Assembly: GCA_043228905.1 (NCBI GenBank)
Contig: JBHGNT010001225.1
Span: 1 to 10,829, forward strand
Length of the DNA: 10,829 bases
Direction of reading: 5' to 3'
Source: Azolla caroliniana
Taxonomy: Eukaryota; Plantae; Polypodiophyta
The position numbers were made by a program, and so were the translations under genes. The notes under the pieces were generated by a model. The model saw only the letters and a program-made list of their open reading frames with translations, made no database searches and was not told where the DNA came from. Below are positions 8,321-10,829 of the stretch, one piece after another (the first letter of the stretch is position 1; every line of letters starts with the position of its first letter).

Positions 8321-8680
8321 GTTTGAAATATATATAATGGGAAAAATGGGTTTCATAGGTTCATTTAATTTGTGGTGTTTCGTCATGACCTCTTATTGTT
8401 GCAAGTTTGGAATATCCATAAAGAGAACAATATCTAACAAAAATACATGAATTATCTCCTGAATGACAAAAAAATTGTGATAATTTCGTAGCACTGTCGA
8501 TCGGAGATATATATAATGGGAACAAGATCTGACACAAATATGTAAATTTTCTACAAATTTCCTAGAATTTTATGATATTTTCTCATAATGACTTATTATA
8601 GCCTGTTTGAATATTTATAATGGGAGCACAATTCAACACAATTATATAATTTTTCTACTAGATGCCTATAGATTTGTCGA
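8321..8680. repeat. Degenerate ~85-105 bp tandem repeat, about 4 copies, intronic
   Basis: Units start near 8321, 8405, 8500 and 8605. The shared core is ATAT(A/T)TATAATGGGAACAA.ATCT.ACACAAATAT.TAA.TTTCTAC. Copies 2-4 align without gaps over about 60 nt; copy 1 matches only at the head. Confidence 0.8.
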
Positions 8681-8869
8681 TTCTCAAATTTCCCAATTAT
8701 TTCAAGCATGAATGATGAAAAGTTCTGCCATGATTAATTGAGATTGTGTATGAAACAAAGAAACAATGTTTCTGATTGTTCCAGATTACTGCAGCTGAGT
8801 CCAGTGCTGGCGAAAAACATTATAGCAAGAAGGTATTATGCTTTTGATTTAAATAAGTATAAGGAGTAC

Positions 8870-8889
8870 CTTCTTTCTCCAGTCGCCAT
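8870..8889 (-). CDS. MOS1: Coding exon 1 (exon spans 8948-8870 including UTR): MATGER(R)
   Basis: ATG at 8889-8887 in the context TCCATGG, preceded by in-frame TAA TAA. Donor AG|GTACTC, phase 2. It resembles the short '..GERR' start exon of MOS1 homologues and joins in frame to the exon at 6949. Confidence 0.8.
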
Positions 8890-9466
8890 GGATGGAAATT
8901 ATTAAAAGCACCAAGAATTACTCCAGAAGTAGCAGAAATCTTCTGGTTCTGCAAAAAGAAAAGGAAACAAGATGATCCAATCTTCATACAAACTAAAACA
9001 TTTCAAAGAAAGAGTAATGCCAAACAAATCGTGTGAGACGTTAGGGTTGGAAAACTGTGAAAGGGACGGCCTGACTAAAATAACCATCGAGAGTATCCAC
9101 CAAAATCTAATAAAAAATAGAAGATTGCGTGCAAAAGAAAGGGACAAAAAATGGATGGGAAATAAGAAAGAAAGCTTTACACAAAAAAGCAGGAAGTTAG
9201 GGTTGAAGAAATGTCAAGGAACGAGACCTAAATATCTCGGCCAAACCGTAAAGAAACAGACACAGAATTCAATCAATCGGATAGTATTTTAACTAAAAAC
9301 ACGAAAACGCAAGGCAAACAGAGAATGAAAACGACGCAGAATTCGAAAACATGGAAGAGAGTTATAGAAGAAACGGGAGGTAAAAACTCTAATCTAAACG
9401 AGCGACTGTTGTATGCCAACCAAAAAGAGAAAGCGATTAAAAAAAAAATGCGTTGGAGATGGGGGG

Positions 9467-9469
<3 letters not shown>

Positions 9470-9499
<30 letters not shown>
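9470..9499. repeat. (AG)15 microsatellite at the 5' end of the first intron ((CT)n on the sense strand)
   Basis: Perfect AG run starting about 11 nt inside the GTAAGC donor. Confidence 0.98.
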
Positions 9500-9502
<3 letters not shown>

Positions 9503-9510
9503 AAGCTTAC

Positions 9511-9678
9511 CAGTTGACGACGAACGGCTTCGCAGGATTCCAGAAGAGGAAACGAGAAGAAGAAACGAAGAGAAGTTGCAGTGTTCAGAGAAGAGAAACA
9601 GGAGAAGAAACCCGGGAGGAGGGTTTTGAAAGCTTCGTAAGGATAAAACTCAGAGACAGACAGACAGACAGAGAAAGA

Positions 9679-9719
<41 letters not shown>

Positions 9720-9760
9720 GAGATGAGAAAAACAACTCAAAAAACACACAGAAATTCTCT
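9511..9760 (-). other. MOS1: Non-coding first exon (5' UTR), pyrimidine/CT-rich; upstream boundary approximate
   Basis: Strong donor CTG|GTAAGC at 9511/9510. The sense strand is CT-rich with no ATG between 9786 and 9511. A matching strong acceptor (TTTTCTTTTTGCAG|) lies at 8949/8948. Confidence 0.7.
9682..9716. repeat. (AG)17 microsatellite in the 5' UTR/core promoter, with adjacent (AGAC)n at ~9654-9670; GAGA / Y-patch-type element
   Basis: Read directly. GA/CT repeats near plant TSSs are established BBR/BPC binding sites, but binding here is inferred. Confidence 0.95.
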
Positions 9761-9780
9761 GCACTCGCAGACCTCCCTGC

Positions 9781-9795
9781 TGACGTCATTATTGG
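9781..9795 (-). promoter_or_regulatory. CCAAT box followed by a palindromic TGACGTCA (C-box/CRE-like bZIP site) just upstream of the inferred TSS
   Basis: The sense strand reads CCAAT-AA-TGACGTCA (9795-9781), immediately upstream of the CT-rich first exon. Function is inferred from motif and position only. Confidence 0.5.
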
Positions 9796-9842
9796 TGTTT
9801 TATTTAATCATTCAATTTCCCAATAATAATTTGAGTTTTTCA

Positions 9843-9901
9843 CGGATTTAGCCTCTCCTTCCCGGTTGACTTTTTATGTCTTCCCGGATTTAGCCTCTCC
9901 T
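9843..9901. repeat. 17-bp exact direct repeat CGGATTTAGCCTCTCCT (9843-9859, 9885-9901) in the proximal promoter
   Basis: Exact match at 42-bp spacing. CTTCCCGG is also repeated at 9858-9865 and 9880-9887. Confidence 0.92.
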
Positions 9902-10829
9902 CGTGAAATACATACATTCATACGAGAGGTGTTTCGAAAGCTCTAAATATAATAGGGATATGTTGATCAAAATCCTTCATGGTCTTATAATTATTGTTTT
10001 ATTGTGATTATTCTTATTTGTTATCAATGTCATGGCCCACATACATATGTGAACCATTGAATATATGTAATTTCTATCACCAAGGTTTACACGAGACATA
10101 TGCTCTTTAAATTTTATCTTAAAACGTGAATGTATTTGACACTATGCATATTTATGTGATTGGCACTTTTTTATGTTTGAGAAGCATTCACATGATAGGA
10201 GGTCGCAGTCAGCAGAAGTAAAACGTGCATTTCCTTCTAACCATTTTGCATTATGGCACAGAAAGAAATAGTCGGTTCAATCAAAAGTCTAGCGTTTCAA
10301 ATGATCATTCCCAATTGGATAGCGAGGTATGCCTCGTCCTACACCCACAAGAGGAAGAAGAGAGTCTTTCTCCACGTCTCATCCAATAGCCTCAAATGAA
10401 AGAGGCGCAAGTTTTTACTTTGATGTGTAGTTTTTGTATATGGTTGGGATAAAGAGAATAAGAAAGGAATAGTCATATTAATGTCTACTACAAGCTGAAG
10501 TTTGTATAAAATATATTAAAAAGTATAAGTACTAGTACTGTTAACAATATCCTCATTATTGCAATGTTGGTCGAACGTATTGAGTTGAAATATCTGCAAC
10601 AAGAATTGACAGTACATGATTCCATGAAAAATCTATCATTTTTGCAAGTTCCACCATAATCTCCTAGATTTTCATGTTTGGCCATGTGACTTGCAAACAT
10701 AATCTTCAAACATGATAATGTTGGTATAAGGTTTATTATGTGTTAATAGCATTGCAAGATACACGTGAATGTACGACTTATACCATCTATATACATTATG
10801 ACAAAATGTGCGATGGTGCAAATAGGAAG

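Larger units (their letters stand above)
1..9760 (-). other. MOS1: Gene span (5' part, 3' end beyond window) of a MOS1-like / BAT2-N-terminal-domain protein gene; 12 exons visible
   Basis: The spliced translation contains hallmark MOS1/BAT2_N motifs: GMTVLGK..VPKPINLPSQ.LENRGLDPNVEIVPKGT..WGS, FTLTSVDFPTLG and a later VWAPIK. All 11 inferred introns have GT..AG ends with matching phases. The TSS (~9760) is only approximate. Confidence 0.9.

Noticed and set aside
8321-8680. CRISPR-like interpretation of the recurring ATATATAATGGGA motif
   Set aside because: Eukaryotic intron context, degenerate copies, irregular spacing, mutually similar 'spacers' and no cas genes.
8972-9726. Plus-strand K/R/E-rich ORFs 8972..9292 and 9325..9726
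   Set aside because: These are translations of (AG)n microsatellites and the purine-rich antisense strand of the first intron and UTR. No recognisable domain.
10528-10539. 12-bp perfect palindrome AGTACTAGTACT
   Set aside because: A few 12-bp palindromes are expected by chance in 10.8 kb, and there is no supporting context.
10488-10709. 73-aa minus-strand ORF upstream of the promoter
   Set aside because: Non-ATG start, no recognisable motif or supportable exon structure, in AT-rich intergenic sequence.
10762-10767. G-box CACGTG (and an AAACCCTA telo-box at 4802-4809)
   Set aside because: Isolated 6-8-mers far from the TSS, expected by chance.

Overview
This is eukaryotic land-plant genomic DNA with AT-rich introns, GT-AG splice sites and (AG)n/(TG)n microsatellites. 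It is not a prokaryotic locus, so most entries in the six-frame ORF track are exon fragments or antisense artefacts. About 9.8 kb is the 5' part of one spliced minus-strand gene encoding a MODIFIER OF SNC1 1 (MOS1)-like protein of the BAT2/PRRC2 N-terminal domain family. By hand I assembled a non-coding first exon (~9760-9511), a start exon (8948-8870, ATG at 8889) and coding exons 6949-6866, 6794-6750, 6644-6404, 6262-6166, 6026-5958, 4126-4061, 3389-3333, 2923-1496, 1389-1283 and 1149-<1. All junctions are GT-AG with compatible phases, giving 3363 nt (1121 codons) still open at the window edge. The spliced N-terminus reads MATGERRMGTSARRGMTVLGKIPAVPKPINLPSQKLENRGLDPNVEIVPKGTFCWGS. The most notable structures are three symmetric (phase 1-1) small exons that look like tandem duplicates of an RPxSAD-motif exon, and a candidate 20-nt frameshifting (poison) micro-exon among them. 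The protein also appears to lack blocks I recall as conserved in angiosperm MOS1, and there are several degenerate intronic and promoter repeats. No CRISPR array, RNA gene or intact mobile element is visible. Family comparisons come from recalled sequences, not database searches.
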